Of a stretch of DNA of 64,000 nt, positions 12,272 through 26,744 are shown one piece after another. Both the position numbers and the translations under genes were made by a program. The DNA is taken from NCBI RefSeq assembly GCF_009914755.1, contig NC_060930.1; one strand, given 5' to 3'. The notes beneath the pieces were generated by a model. The model saw nothing but the letters and a program-made list of their open reading frames with translations, did not search any database and was not told the origin of the DNA. Positions within the stretch are counted from its first letter, which is position 1, and each line of letters opens with the position of its first letter. This DNA is from the human T2T-CHM13v2.0 reference genome, Homo sapiens.

Positions 12272-12902
12272 TGATAGTGATGGAAGTTGTGAGACCTTGG
12301 GTCTGGTCTTAGTTTGAAAGGATTTAAGCAAGAGACACACAGCAAAGGAGACGCAGCGTGAAGTAATTTTTTGCAAAGGAAAAATAATATTTTTACAGTT
12401 AGGTGCAGAATAAGACAGGACAGCTTGGGAGAGAGAGGATTCAGGGTGGGTGCTCTCCAAGGTGAGACAGCAGAGAGCAGCAGGAGGGAGGCTCCCTCTG
12501 TGGGAGTCTTCCACGATTACCCATGAGGGGGTGGGAGGAGGCGCTGCTTGGGGCATGTTCTGGGTGCTCCTCTGGATGCACGCATGGTAGTTGTCCGTGC
12601 TTGCTCACACGTCACATGTCTCAGGGTCTTGTATCTCCACCCATGGTTTGCTTTTTATGATTATAAAGAGCAAAGGGTCAGTTTGAGGACGGTAAAATCA
12701 AAGTGCACATGCTCTCTGCAGGGGAAATTCCCTACTGAAGGTAGCTTTGCTTGAGGGAGCTCAGTGACAATGTCAATGCTGAGGCTTGCTGTGTTGATTT
12801 TACAGTCACCACGTACACCGTACACCACTGTCCACCAATGTCCACCACCACTGTGGACCACCCAAGGACACGGCGACTTCCTTGACTACCTATCCTGCCT
12901 CA
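12272..12902 (-). mobile_element. ERV1 solo LTR (MER4-group; subfamily not determined)
   Basis: minus strand starts tgaggcaggataggtagtcaaggaagt; TG..CA termini; 4-bp TSD GTGA at 12268-12271 and 12903-12906. Confidence 0.75.
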
Positions 12903-14556
12903 GTGATTGGTATTTAATTTAAATTTTGGAACATTTTGAATTTAGTTTTTATCAGGGTTCTGCTTCTATCCAGTGCTGACACTTGTGGCAAACCCCGGTG
13001 GCATAGAAGCCTTGGTTCTCACATGGATATGTCACTCCCTTCTGACATATTGGCACCTGAGCATGACTTCTGCCTACAGAGGTAGGAGCATTGCAGCAGG
13101 CAGAGGCCGGCTGCACTGGTGGCTTCAGCGGGGACAGGAGAGGACTCAGGAGTGGCCCCAGGGATCACCCACAAGCACATATAAAATGGCTTTCAGGACT
13201 TCCAGCAACAGTCCAGGGAGGGGATGCTTTATACTGGGAACTAGAACAAGAGAAGTTATCGCTATGTACTGTTTACATACAGCTTTACAACAGGCTCTAC
13301 TGGCCTGGAGAAAAAGGATAGAAAAGCAAACATACTCATTCATTATTACTTAAGAACAATTAATTCATCGAATCCAAAATATTCACAGAGCAGCAGCTGT
13401 GACAAAGCTGATCTGGGTGTCCCTGTTAAACGGAAAATCACATATATAAGAAAGCTTAATTTATGGATATAGAAAAAGAGTGAGGGATTTTGTCAAATTT
13501 TAAAACATGACTAACAAGTGAAGAGTTTAAAAATACCATTATTCTTGAACAAAATACTACACACCTAAGTAACAAACACGGGCGGTCATTGCTTGATATA
13601 TAAGCGTTTCTGTGTTAGCAGATGACTGCGTCATACTTTTTCTTTGATGGTCAGAAGTGTGTGAAACGGGCACGTGCTGATTCTCTATTTTGAGGAGGTT
13701 TGTGTAATTTGTGTTGTCTTGTTGCTCTGAAGCCCTCTGAGATGAGCCTGGGAGGTGTTGCCTTGGTGCACAGAGACATGTCACAGTGTAGACTGTGGCC
13801 CTCCCATGTTGATTCAGGGGTGCTGCGGCAGGCATGTGGAGGGGACCCCACGCAGGAGCACCTCCTCATCCCTGAGGAGCTGGGGGACTCCTGGCAGATG
13901 CAGCCCCACCAAGCTGCCCTGGGGCCCCACAGTGCCCGGTGTCCGGCTTCAGACAGACAAGCAGCTGTCCTATCGCTTCCTCTTATTTTTAAGCCACTGC
14001 TTGAATGCTTCGTACTCATATAAAGGATCTCTGACATTGCTTTTCAGAATCGAGGAATTTCTTCATATCCTATGGCTTAGATTTTGCCAGATCAGAGGAA
14101 AATTGTGGCCACCCTGGGCAGACCTATTCCTGGAAATGGCCTTTGCCAGTGGCGAGATCTCTAATCCACAGGCATTCCGGCTGCCAAATTCCTGGCCTTT
14201 GAAGGCTGCAGCTGGGGAAAAGCCACTCTGCATCAGTTCATGTTTCTTTTTCAAACTTTCCCCTTCTATTATTTCACAACCAAACTCTGCCAGGGCCTGG
14301 CTTTTAGTTATTAAAGGGCCAAGCATCATTTTTTTCCAATGCTTTTAAAAAGGAGGGGAAGGGTTTCCCAGAGATACATGGTGCCTTCCCCGTGCACACA
14401 GACGCTCCAGAATCACAGCCGCCTTCTATGAACTCTCGTGCAGGGCCTCATCTTCCATGGTTAATTTAGCAATAGGGATTGTGTGCTTCAAAGCGATACC
14501 TCATTCCTAGGTAGAAATTTATTTAACTTCAAAAACCTTTATTGTTGAATATATTA

Positions 14557-14908
<352 letters not shown>

Positions 14909-15044
14909 TCACTAGGCACCCCCATGATTATGTACAATTCTTTCTTGTAAATTAATAAAATACTTTTTTAAAAATGAGGATTATAGTTAAGAGCATTACA
15001 TTAAAAAAGAAATGTCTATTTAATTATGAAAACTGAGATAATGA

Positions 15045-15298
<254 letters not shown>

Positions 15299-15369
15299 TA
15301 GATTTTAAATGTTGTATATTGCAAGAGAGCAGTGAGAGGCAGTGAGAGACTGGGGGTGGGCAGGAGACA

Positions 15370-15480
15370 AGTGTGAGTTTGCAGCCGAGCTCCCAGGCGC
15401 CACCACTGTAGAGATGCAGGCAGGTCGTGTGTCTCTCTGAACCTCAGTTTTATCATCAGTAAAAATGAGGATGATCCTGC
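15370..15480 (+). mobile_element. MIR fragment
   Basis: ctctctgaacctcagttttatcatcagtaaaaatgaggatgat. Confidence 0.65.
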
Positions 15481-15982
15481 TCCTCCCTGGACTCCTGGTG
15501 AGGGCTGTAATGATTATATAAAATGAAGAGGGAGTGTGTCCCTGTATGAGGCATCAGGAGCCAGTGTGGCCTCCCTGGCAGCTTCTCTCTGCCATGGGCC
15601 CTGCCTTGCTGTGGCTTCTCAGCCACCCTACGATGGATGGGACAGGGTGGGCCAGACCATCTAGTCATATTTCTTCCAAAAGCTTCTTAGTTGGAGTAGT
15701 ATTTTGCAACTGTAGAAGAAGTGGAAAAGATAAGTTATGGATTAATTTAGAAACGGCCAGATATGGTCCCATTTTTTGTGTGTTTTGTCATGCATCAAAT
15801 GAGACATAAGTAGTGATTTGAAGAATACGCTGTTTAAAACTGGCTTCGGGCAGGAGATGGGGGAGGGGGTGTCCTGACAGCCCAGCCTTAAGGGAACTGT
15901 TCACTGAAGCTAAATTATCAGTGAGATAACTCACCAGAGGCCCCCACTGTCTGCCCTGGGATGTCTGTTTTAGGATGGACAG

Positions 15983-16166
15983 ACTTGGCCAACATGCAAA
16001 CAAAACAGGGCACCTCATTAAACTCAAATATCACACAAGCAAGGGATATTCTTTTAGTGTCATTATATGCCATGAAATGTTTGGGACATACTTATGCTAA
16101 AAAAAAATTACAGTCTACCCTCAATTGAAATTCAGCTTGTGTCCTGTATTTTATGTGGCAATCCCT
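15983..16166. mobile_element. MER53 palindromic hAT MITE
   Basis: tgggacatacttatgctaaaaaaa...gaaattcagc...gtcctgtattttatgtggcaatccct. Confidence 0.75.
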
Positions 16167-17489
16167 GAGCTGACCTGCTGGGTCCATAGAGGGCAACCTG
16201 GCTCATCCTGAAGGCTTGAGGTGTCCCCGTAAGCTGTGCAGAGCTCTGATTTCCTGATAAAGTCACCATTTCTGGTACTGCAGGGGTGATAATGTGTTCT
16301 ACAAGAAATTTTAAATTCATTTCAAAAATTATCTAACAAAATTAATCTAAGAAATCCCACAATACCTGCATGACCACAGATAACCAAGTAATCCCATTAC
16401 AATGACATGGCGTCCTTGTTCAGCAGGCGTTTCTTTTTGTGTTTCTCATTAAATGATCAGCAAGTGAGGTGACTTTTAAAAAACAATTACAAAGCTTTTT
16501 CCCCCAATTTTCAAATCTAGCTAGATGAATTTAGTTTGTATTTTTAAATGTTAAAAAGCAAGTTCAGATCAGTTCATCCATTTCTTCAAACCATGACTGT
16601 AAAGAAAACCGGCAGAAATTAAGCCACAGAAATGTGTTAAAGTACATTGCAGATGGGACTTGAACCCACAGTCCAGGAAACTTGGGTTTGAGGTAAAACC
16701 TCGTCTTAGCATATCTTGTACCTTGCTCTCATGCTGTATCTACTTTCATTTGCGTGTTCAAATTACAGTGTTCTAGTACACTCTGAAAGTGTTAATTTTC
16801 ATGCTACAGTGGTTGCTTTCCACACAGCGACCTGAGGTTTTGGTTGAGTACAGTTAACGTGGTTGTAAAAACGTCTGATTAAACTCTCCTGACAACCGAC
16901 CTTGCAACAAAAGTCATACAAAGACAGTGTGTTTTCAGCTTTTACGCTGTGTAAACTTACAAGTGAGACCTTTTCTGAAACTATTTTTTTTGATTAACAA
17001 ATGTTTTGAAAAAGAGTTTTTAGAAACTTCATAAAATTAATCTTCTAGAAACCATAAGGCATTTTTGTTTACTTGAGAAGACCAGAGGTTGATGGTGCAG
17101 GTCCCTCCAGTGGCCCGAGGATCTCAGTGTTCTGGGCTATTGACTCTGCACTTTCCCTCGCCTTACCCTGTTGGTGGCAAGACAGCTGCTGGAGCACCAG
17201 GCGTCAAGTCCTTCTGCCTGCACTCTGGCAGAAAAGACAAGTCAGAGGAAGACATATTTCCCACAGAATTAAAATGACATGGCAGAAGATCTTTCCCGTA
17301 AGCCCAGTAATGAGCCTGGCCTCCGCCCTTCACCCAGTGCTCCGTATTTTGAGTCTACTTGTAATCAGATTTGGAGCTTCCGAGGGCTGCAGATTCAGCC
17401 TCAACTCCCTGCTCTCAGATTCTCTTTGATCCCAGCTTCATGAGAATGTTTGTTTTATTTTTGAATGTACTATGATTTGAATAGCTCAC

Positions 17490-18830
17490 TTTCTTTCTTA
17501 ACATTTTTAATATCGTGAAATATAACATAAAAATAGGCACAAGGCAAAAACATGCTCCTCAATTGTTTATCAAGAAATGTGACCACACCCAGGTCAGTAC
17601 ACAGAACGGCCAGAACTCCCAAAGGCCTGCGCTTTGTATGCCCTTCCCTGCGTTGCAAAGTTCACTATGCTACGGGCTGCAGTGCAATCACAGCTTCGCC
17701 TTTCTGCAGAGGCTTAGCTCAACATCACTAAGTACAACGGTGTTGCCTTCCTTTTGAATGTTACAGACATGTAACATCATGCAGTCTACAGTCCTTTGCA
17801 GTCTCTCGGTTTTACTTGTGAGGTTCAGCTGCTGCTACCTGTAGCCATGGTTCCTTTGGTGTCACTGCTGTACACCGTCTTATTCTGCCGCATCAATGTA
17901 CCGAAGTTCATGTATCTATTCTCTGGTTGAGAAAAAAGTAGGTTTGTACAGTTAATACTAATAACATGGCTCTGAATAATCGTATGTGTCTCTCCATGCC
18001 CATAAACATAAATTCCCATTCAGGAGTGGAACTGCTAGGACCCCGGTGTAGACACCTTCACCTTTAGTAGACATTGCAAACCATTTCCAAAGTGGTTTCA
18101 CCAATTTATGTCCCCCCGGCAGTGTGTGAGGATAATTCTCATCCACATGCCCTCTTGCGAATGCCTGGGACCAACAGTCTTCAACTTCAACCATTCCAGG
18201 GGTTGTGGAATAGCACCTTCCTCTTGACTTATTTTTCATTCCTTGATAATTATTGAGATTGAGCATATTTTCATATATTAGTTGGCCATTGGATATCTGT
18301 ATCTCACATAATTTTGTTTTGAACTGATTGCTTTTGTTGTGTTGATTTGCAGAAGTTCTTTATGTATTTTTAATAAGAGTCCTTTGTTAAATGAGTCTCA
18401 AATATTTCCTTTTTCTCGGTGGCTTACCTTTTTACTCTCTTAATGGGTCTTTTGTGAAAATAATTTCTTAATGTATATGTGACCCCATTATAATTTTTCC
18501 CCCTTCTTGGCTGGCGCTAACTCCAGGATAGGGCTAACTTACTGGCTTATACCTGCATTTTCCTTTCTTCTAGTATACACATTCAAGGCCATAAATGTCC
18601 CTTAAGCATGGCTATAGTTGTATTTTGTAAGTTTCCATGTGGAGTATTTTCCTTGTCATTTACTTCATATTAATTTTTAGTTTACATTTTTAATTTGGCA
18701 CATGCTATTTGGAAGTACATTGTTTAATTTTAAAACATATGAGTATTTTCTAGTCATCTTTTTGTTATTAATTTCTGGTTTATTACACTGTGGTCAGAGA
18801 ATGTGCTCGGTATAATGCCAATACTTTAAA
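17490..18830 (-). mobile_element. old L1ME fragments (3'UTR and ORF2)
   Basis: caggagtggaactgctagga...ttgcaaaccatttccaaagtggtttcaccaatttat...gagattgagcatattttcatat. Confidence 0.75.
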
Positions 18831-19239
18831 ATGTAGCGGGATTCAGAGTTGGGTCAAGCTTAGCAAATGTTTCAGAAGCGCTTGTGAGACAACAACAAAA
18901 ACATCTTCACAAGCAGTGTCTTATTTCAGTCGTGCAGAAAGCTAAGGCATTAGCACTACCATTACTTACATTCAGAGGGAAAGACATTAAATGAGGTCAT
19001 ACTTGTTAAAACTTTTGAAGACAGAAATATATTTTCAGTAAATTATTATTACTTTAGATTTTTTATTTCATGCTCTGAGCTAATTATTGACTTCAGGTAT
19101 TGTGTGGTTAGGGGAAGGTTTGGGTTTGGTAACTGTGGAAACCCAAATCCTCACTACCTGTGTGGGTGGCCAGGAGGCCTGTGTTGCTGTCTCGCCCTGG
19201 GAGGGTGGCTCCTCCAGTGTGGGATGTGTTGTAGGTGTA

Positions 19240-19440
19240 ACATACACACCGATTTCAAAGACTCTGTAGGAAAGAAAGAATGTAAAGTATGGAATTAATA
19301 TTGTTATATTGAGTAAATGCTGGAACAGTAACCTTAGGGATAGACTGGGCTAGATCAAACGTATCATTAAAGCGAGTTTCATCCTTTTTTACGTGATTAA
19401 GGCTGCTCCGGGAAGATTGAGGTAGTGCTGGCCGTGGTGC
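19240..19440. mobile_element. MER3/MER33-like hAT fragment
   Basis: tatattgagtaaatgctggaacagtaac...tcattaaagcgagtttcatcc. Confidence 0.4.
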
Positions 19441-19689
19441 TTTCTCTCAAGCAAAGTGCAGGCCTGGGAACGAGCACTAACTAACCACAGCTGCTCACTA
19501 TGACCTACAGGTGCTCTGGATTTTAACCTGTTTTAACTGCCCAATGTCACGGCCATTTTCCACATCTTTTCTAAATCTACATTTATAAACATAAATACAA
19601 ATGAATTGTATTTACATAGTTGTGTATTCAACTGTAGATAATCAGAAATTGACAATGGTTTAAGTAATATTTTTCCTGCTACCGTTTGT

Positions 19690-19960
19690 TAGAAGGAACT
19701 TGGAAAGAGGGAATGACGGGCTCTGCGCACTCGGGATGTCTGCCGGGAACATGAGTCTTCCGTTGTCCACCCTTCATTGTCTCTTAGGTTCAGAATGGCT
19801 GTCACACCCCCAGGCATCACGTCAGCATCCCAGCAGGAGGAAAAACCTGAGTCAAAAGCATTTGCTTTGTAGGACTCTGTCTTTTCCTTCAGGGAGGGAT
19901 ATCTGCCCCTGTCCACAGCTTACAGCTCACTGTGCAGAAATGAGTATTACTGTCTCCAGG
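19690..19960. mobile_element. old MaLR LTR (MLT1J/K-like) fragment
   Basis: aatggctgtcacacccccaggcatcacgtcagcatcccagcaggagg. Confidence 0.45.
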
Positions 19961-20810
19961 GAGGCCAGGAGCTGAGCCCACACTGAAGGCAGGACAATGA
20001 AGGGTGGGAAGCTACAGGCCATGCCATCCTCCCAGGGGAAGAAGCCATAGCACCTTGGGTTACCAGGGTTTGACATAGCTCTTCCAACATTCCAAAAAAA
20101 AAAAATGAGGCGACAAAGCATAGTTTCTAAAAGTTTGAAAAAAGGGTTTTTATTAAAAGATCAACAATATAGTTTCACTAAAATATGCTTTTTAGAAAAG
20201 ACTCGTTTATGTTTTTTATCTTTCTCAACCTGAAATCCAGCTCTGATGTTTTATTGTTGCGGGTCCGTGGAGATGAATCTCTGCTGGTCTTCCCTCATCG
20301 GCTTTCCTGACCTTGTGAGGGGAAGACCAGGGTGCTTGACACAAAAGACTTCTTTTCACAGGCCCCTCATCCGGAGTCGGGGCTGCTCTCCTTTCATGGT
20401 GGGCACAGGTGGTCTCGTGTTTACATCTGAGCCCTGCTGTTGGCGTTCATGCCCCCAGAGGAGTCCTGCCCCAGAATCAGACTCACTGCATCTTCCTTTT
20501 TGAAGACAAAGTTGTATTATGTGATTTCCTTTTGCTTTGCACAAAGCAAGATGCTCCCACCGAGGCTGGGAGCCAGTTCTGCATCTTTCAAGTCACAAGC
20601 GATCCTTGACCTCAGGGTCTAAATGACTCAGGGAGGCCCCGAGAGACCAAGGTCCTGTCCAAGCCCACAGAGATGTTGCTCAGGGAGCACTTTTCACTTG
20701 AAAAGGCAGCCACCCCAGTCTCTCCCCATCTGAGGAGCCCCCGACCAGGCCGGGCCCCGTGCTCTTTTCCTGTCAATTAGATCACCTTTATTTGGCCCCT
20801 GCTGCACTGA

Positions 20811-21255
<445 letters not shown>

Positions 21256-21432
21256 AAGACAGGGTGATGAGTTTTAAAGAGTAAGATCTGTGTTTATAGT
21301 GAGTGCTGGTAAATAAATTTGATGTCTTTTTATTACATTCATTTTGCAGATACAAAATAACTTACTTGGGTACTAAGCCTCTTGATAAAAAATGACTGAG
21401 CCAAAAATCCACGTTTTCCTTCATGACTAAGA

Positions 21433-21930
21433 TGGTATGGATATTTCTCTGCCCAAATTTCATGTTGAATATGGAATGTTGAATGGAATCCCTAATGTTG
21501 AAGGGAAGTGACTGGGTTATGGGAGTGGATTTCTCATGAATGGTTTAGCCCCATCCTCTTGACACTGTCCTGTTGAATGGAATCCCTAATGTTGAAGGGA
21601 AGTGACTGGGTTACGGGAGTGGATTTCTCATGAATGGTTTAGCCCCATCCTCTTGACACTGTCCTCATGATAGTGGGTGCTCACAAGATCTGGTTGTTAA
21701 AGTGTGTGGTGCCTCCCACTCTGCTCCTGCTCTCACCCCCTCAGATGTCCACCCTCTCTTCGCCTTTCATTATAATTAGAAGCTTCCTAAGGCCTCCCCA
21801 GAAGCTGAGCAGACATCATCACCACACTTTCTGTACAGCCTGCAGAACCATGAGCCAAATAAACCTCTTTTCTTTATAAATTACCCAGTCTCAGGTATTC
21901 CTTTATGGCAACCCAAGGACAAGCTATACA
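21433..21930 (+). mobile_element. MSTA MaLR solo LTR with internal 94-bp tandem duplication
   Basis: catgaatggtttagccccatcc, cctgcagaaccatgagccaaataaacctcttttctttataaattacccagtctcaggtatt. Confidence 0.88.
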
Positions 21931-22216
21931 GTGAAGCCACATGAATCCCATTAATGCAGTGCGCACTGTAATCAGATTGCTTTCTAATTCTATCTAATTT
22001 TCTTCATTTAACATGGGTTGCAAGAATAGTTATATGTAACTGCAGTCAACCCATAAGATGGAACAGGGTAGTTGCTAAAATAAAGCAACATATCAAGAAG
22101 TAAGTTTTGAAATTTTTTTTATTAATTGAAATTGGATGATCACTTTTAACTTTATTCATAAATCTATCAAAACTTTAGACACGTTTTGCTAAGCAAAAAG
22201 GTATTTTAATACAATT

Positions 22217-22629
22217 TTTTTTATTATTATACTTTAAGTTTTAGGGTACATGTGCACAATGTGCAGGTTAGTTACATATGTATACATGTGCCATGCTGGT
22301 GTGCTGCACCCATTAACTCATCATTTAGCATTAGGTATATCTCCCAATGCTATCCCTCCTCCCTCCCCCCACCCCACAACAGTCCCCAGAGTGTGATGTT
22401 CCCCTTCCTGTGTCCATGTGTTCTCATTGTTCAATTCACATCTATGAGTGAGAACATGTGGTGTTTGGTTTTTTGTCCTTGTGATAGTTTACTGAGAATG
22501 ATGATTTCCAATTTCATCCATGTCCCTACAAAGGACATGAACTCATCATTTTTTATGGCTGCATAGTATTCCATGGTGTATATATGCCACATTTTCTTAA
22601 TCCAGTCTATCATTGTTGGACATTTGGGC
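22217..22629 (-). mobile_element. young L1PA (L1PA2-4-like), 5'-truncated 3' end
   Basis: near-consensus ttattatactttaagttttagggtacatgtgcac...; ORF2 C-terminal peptide WIKKMWHIYTMEYYAAIKNDEFMSFVGTWMKLE; 13-bp TSD ttttaatacaatt at 22204-22216 and 22630-22642. Confidence 0.97.
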
Positions 22630-23389
22630 TTTTAATACAATTAAACAAATATATATGTACATGTTCACACATGGGTATGGTAAAAAAAAAAAAAAAAACT
22701 GATCGCTGAATTGCTTTTGTTAAGAAGCCAAACGACTGTACCTCAGTCTCTGGCAGCAGGATCCTGAGCCTGTTCTTGCAGGAGCCTGAGCCTGTTCTTA
22801 TGATAACAGACAGCTCTGAACACAAATGTGCTGGTCTTCTTCAGCTTCACCCTTTCCAGTTCTCTATCTTCAGTATCTGTCTCGGGACCCACCTGTAACC
22901 TCCCTCGTGTCTTCCATTTCCGAAGGCAAGTTCCTTAGGTAGGAACCATCTCTGTGAAAGGGGAGGCTGCAATGGTGCCATGAAGAAAGACTGGGAATGG
23001 TTTCCGTGAAAACACAGGCAGGCCGGGCGCCACTTCTGAGTCTGATGTGTTTGACAACATCCTTCCGGTCTCCTTCCATCTTCTGCTCCTTCCTCTTCCC
23101 TCTGCCGAATTTTGCTCTTCTGCAGTTCTTGAGGCACATTTTAGGCCCTGACCAATAAAGACGTAAACAAGCACAAGCGGAAAACAAAACTAGCTTAACG
23201 AGTTCACTGCTAATTATTGCCTGTTAGCATGAAAAGAATAGCACAATTCTTCACATTTTTGGTTAAGGAAACGTTACCCACACATTCATATGTAAATTGA
23301 TTCTGACCAAATTGTTTGGAGTGGGAATTTTAGTTTATCTGTGAGCACTGTCTCTCAGGGGCTGAGAATGAGCCCAGCAATGGGAACCA

Positions 23390-23835
23390 TCGCATGCAGG
23401 AACACACACCCGCAACACAGACACATGCATGCAAACACAGCAGCACGTACACATGCAACGCTACACACAATGTGCACAATGCACACACACATGCATACAA
23501 GCACAGCAACACGTACACATGCGACACCACACACACATACAGTGTGCACAGTGCACACACACGCACACAAGGACAGCAACACAGACACATGTGACACCAC
23601 ACACACATGCACACAAGCACAGCGACACATACACGAGATACAATGCACACACACACATGCGCACACACACATGCACACACACAGCAACACATACACATGT
23701 GACACCACACACGCACGCACAGTGTGCATGATGCACACACACGCACGCACAGCAACACGTACACATGTGACACCACGCACAGTGTGCACAGTGCACACAC
23801 ATGCACACACACCCCACACACACTCACATCACAAC
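23390..23835. repeat. CA-rich compound low-complexity repeat
   Basis: recurring cacacacatg / cacagcaacacgtacacatg / cagtgtgcaca modules. Confidence 0.9.
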
Positions 23836-24079
23836 TAAAAGACTGAAGCATCGTCGAGAGGAAACCTTCCAAAGCCATTGTATCTGCAGTGATATTGCCT
23901 ATAAATCTCAGTCCATGTATTTAGTATGCAATAACTATCGCTAGCCTTATTATTGAAAATGCTATTTCTTTGTATTTCTGAGCTCAAATTTCACTAAGAT
24001 TGGGGTAAACCTAACTTTAATTATTCTTCAGATGTATGCCTCAGTTTAGGAGACTTGCACGGGGCCAATAGGTTATTTA

Positions 24080-24290
24080 CCTAGTATTTATATAATGCTC
24101 ACCCAGTGTCAGGCACTGCTTCAAATGCTTGGTAAATATTAACTCATTTAATCCTTACAATAAATTCAGAGGGATGCGTGGTTTTACAAATGAGGAAGCT
24201 TAAGAACAGAGACGTGAAGTAACTTGCCTAAGGCGACATAGCATTAGGAAGGGAGTTGGCATCTGAACTCCTTGCCTGGCTCCAAACCTC
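24080..24290 (-). mobile_element. MIR SINE
   Basis: ttaactcatttaatccttacaat...ttttacaaatgaggaagcttaag...gaagtaacttgcctaagg. Confidence 0.85.
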
Positions 24291-26407
24291 ATCCTCTCGG
24301 TCAGACCTCCTGAGGCCACAACATCTCTCTGCTCGCTTGGCCTTCTAGTTACAACACCCACCAGGCTGGGCCCCAGAACTATTTTGTGAAGGTGTCTGTT
24401 GACCCGGTTTTCCTAAACACACCTTATATTCCTGTCTGATGCTTCTTTACTTCACGCCAAGAAGCAAAGGACTGTCTCCAACTGTCTCCAAATGCTTAGA
24501 CCTCCCCTCCGCACACGGAGGAGGGGTCTCCGTCTGTCATGGTGCTGGCATGCACCGGGGTCCTTTTTCTATCCCAGCCACTTCCAAGATGCCCTTTCCA
24601 AGACTTACCTGGTTTACAAACACCGTTCTTTTTTGTCTGAAAACTTCCAAGTTCTCCTGAAAGCCTAGGCTTTGGGAAGACCAATTCTTGATATGCAGCT
24701 ACTTCTGTGTGAAGAGTGAGAAGAGAAGGAGGCGGTGGCAGGGAGAGGAAAACCCCGTGTGTGTGCACATTCCAAAACACCCACAGCCACAAACGGCAGA
24801 TCCGATGTTTTATGGTACCTTTTTACTAAATGGTTGTGTTTCTTTCCTTCGTTCTACTGGCCCAAGTCCTAGGTGCTTACCACCATCAGCTGATGAGGAG
24901 GGCTCATTGGATGCTGCCGAGATTTGAAACAAGAGTCTTCCAAACCAAGGTTTCAACTGTGAAGTCGTTTCTTGCTTAAAGGGCCAGTGGAATCTCCTTA
25001 AAAAGGAATGGAACATCTTAGCACTCTGTATCTTTTGGCTGAGACGTATGCTTCAAAATAAGTGTTTTCCTGTAAACGGGTCCTTACTAAGTGTTGGGGT
25101 GAGTGAATATGTGCTCTTGAAATGTGTTATGGTGGAACGAAAGCTTCAGTCACCTGCAGACATTTCCCCGGCGGAGATAAGCTTCTTCCAGTCTGGGCCT
25201 GGAGTTTCCCTTACTCCATCGGAAAGGAACCCAGACTGGTGATAATGACAAGTTGGCAGTGTGGCTTTCATGCACCAGGGCCAGTGATGGAAATACTCTC
25301 TTACCCGAGGCTCGCAGAATGCTATAAACTTGGGGATGGAGGGGCCACAATGCTGGAGGGAAAAGCATAAAGCAGCCCGGAGACAAGAAACAGACTCGCC
25401 AATCAAATGCTGTGCCTTTTCCCTCGGTCCCAGGATGGCTGCCCTCATGATTCTGGTGTAGTCCCTGTCATCCAGCGCCACTGTGCCGGGCTGGCAATGC
25501 CAGTGCTCCATATTAGACAGAAGGACAAAGAAAGCTTTTAATTTAGTATCAGAGTAATGAAAACGCCTTCTTCCGCGGATACTGTAACACTGGCAGGGTT
25601 TTAAGTAAATGGAATCAGATATTTAAAAAGGATTTGCCGAAAGGAATTAGGAAAGAATGCTTCAAAAACATTTTAAATGCTGCTTAGTAGAGGCTCAGTG
25701 TTCACCTAAATCAAAGATGTTTTCCCCATATATTTATTTTAATAATTTAAAATATGTCTACATGTACTAATTACCTATATTTATCTATCTGAATTTTTTC
25801 TTCAATGACCAATATACAATGAGTGGTATATACTGCATGTGTACTGTTTTAAAGACATACTGTATATTTAGGAAAAGGGGTTTCACATTTCTGCCACTTT
25901 GTGGATCCCTCTGCTTGGCTATCTTTTTAAATTTATAGGCCTTATTTCCCATTAAGACTGGAACACCTTCCAAAATATTTTCTTTTTTTAGACATCTATA
26001 ATAAGATGAAATAACAGTAGTGGCAAATTCACTGCGCTCTTGAAGCATCTGTTGGAGCTCTCTCTTTGTGGGGGTAAACCAGCCGCCAAACAGATCACCT
26101 GCACGGAAAGTCCTTTGCTCATTTTGTGGATCTGAGTTGCTGCCAACTTTTCCGGGTGTTCATGTTCAGAAGGAGAAGCAAGATGGCCCTGTTAAAAAGT
26201 CCTACATGGCATTTGTCAAGGATGTTCTGCTCAGGAGAGAGACTGAGGCTTCCGGTGAGAAAACCCTGCAGGCTGGGGAAGTGCACCTCGAGCTGACCCC
26301 TTGTTCAGGGAGCTGATGAAGGCACATGCCATGGGAATGAGAAAGCCACTCCTTAAGCATCAGTAACAGAAGGTGCCATGTGGATAATACAGGGGCTGAA
26401 AAATCAT

Positions 26408-26744
26408 AAGATTATTTGGGTGTCCCCACCCAAATCTCATCTCGAATTCCCACATGTTGTGGGAGGAATCTGGTGGGAGGTGATTGAATCATGGGGGCAG
26501 GTCTCTCCTGGGCTGTTCTTATGATCGTGAGTGGGTCTCATGAGATCTGATGGTTTTAAAAACAGGAGTTTCCCTGCACAAGCTCTCTTCTCTTGTCTGC
26601 CACCATGTGAGACATGCCTTTCACATTCCGCCATGATTTTGAGGCCTCCCCAGCCACACAAAACTGGGTCCATTGAACCTCTCTTTTGTAAATTGCCCAG
26701 TCTCAGGTATGTCTTTATCAGCAGCGTGAAAACACACTAATACA
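26408..26744 (+). mobile_element. THE1 (THE1A/B-like) MaLR solo LTR
   Basis: gtgtccccacccaaatctcatctcgaattccca ... aaattgcccagtctcaggtatgtctttatcagcagcgtgaaaacacactaataca. Confidence 0.93.

Noticed and set aside
13755-14348. Longest non-repeat ORF (197 aa)
   Set aside because: No recognisable domain, non-ATG start, overlapping ORFs of similar length on both strands; consistent with chance.
23330-23878. Cys/Val- and His/Thr-rich ORFs
   Set aside because: They are translations of CA/TG low-complexity sequence.
26645-26657. PRDM9 hotspot motif in THE1
   Set aside because: The sequence is CCTCCCCAGCCAC, the ordinary THE1 version, lacking the T of CCTCCCTNNCCAC that is associated with hotspots.
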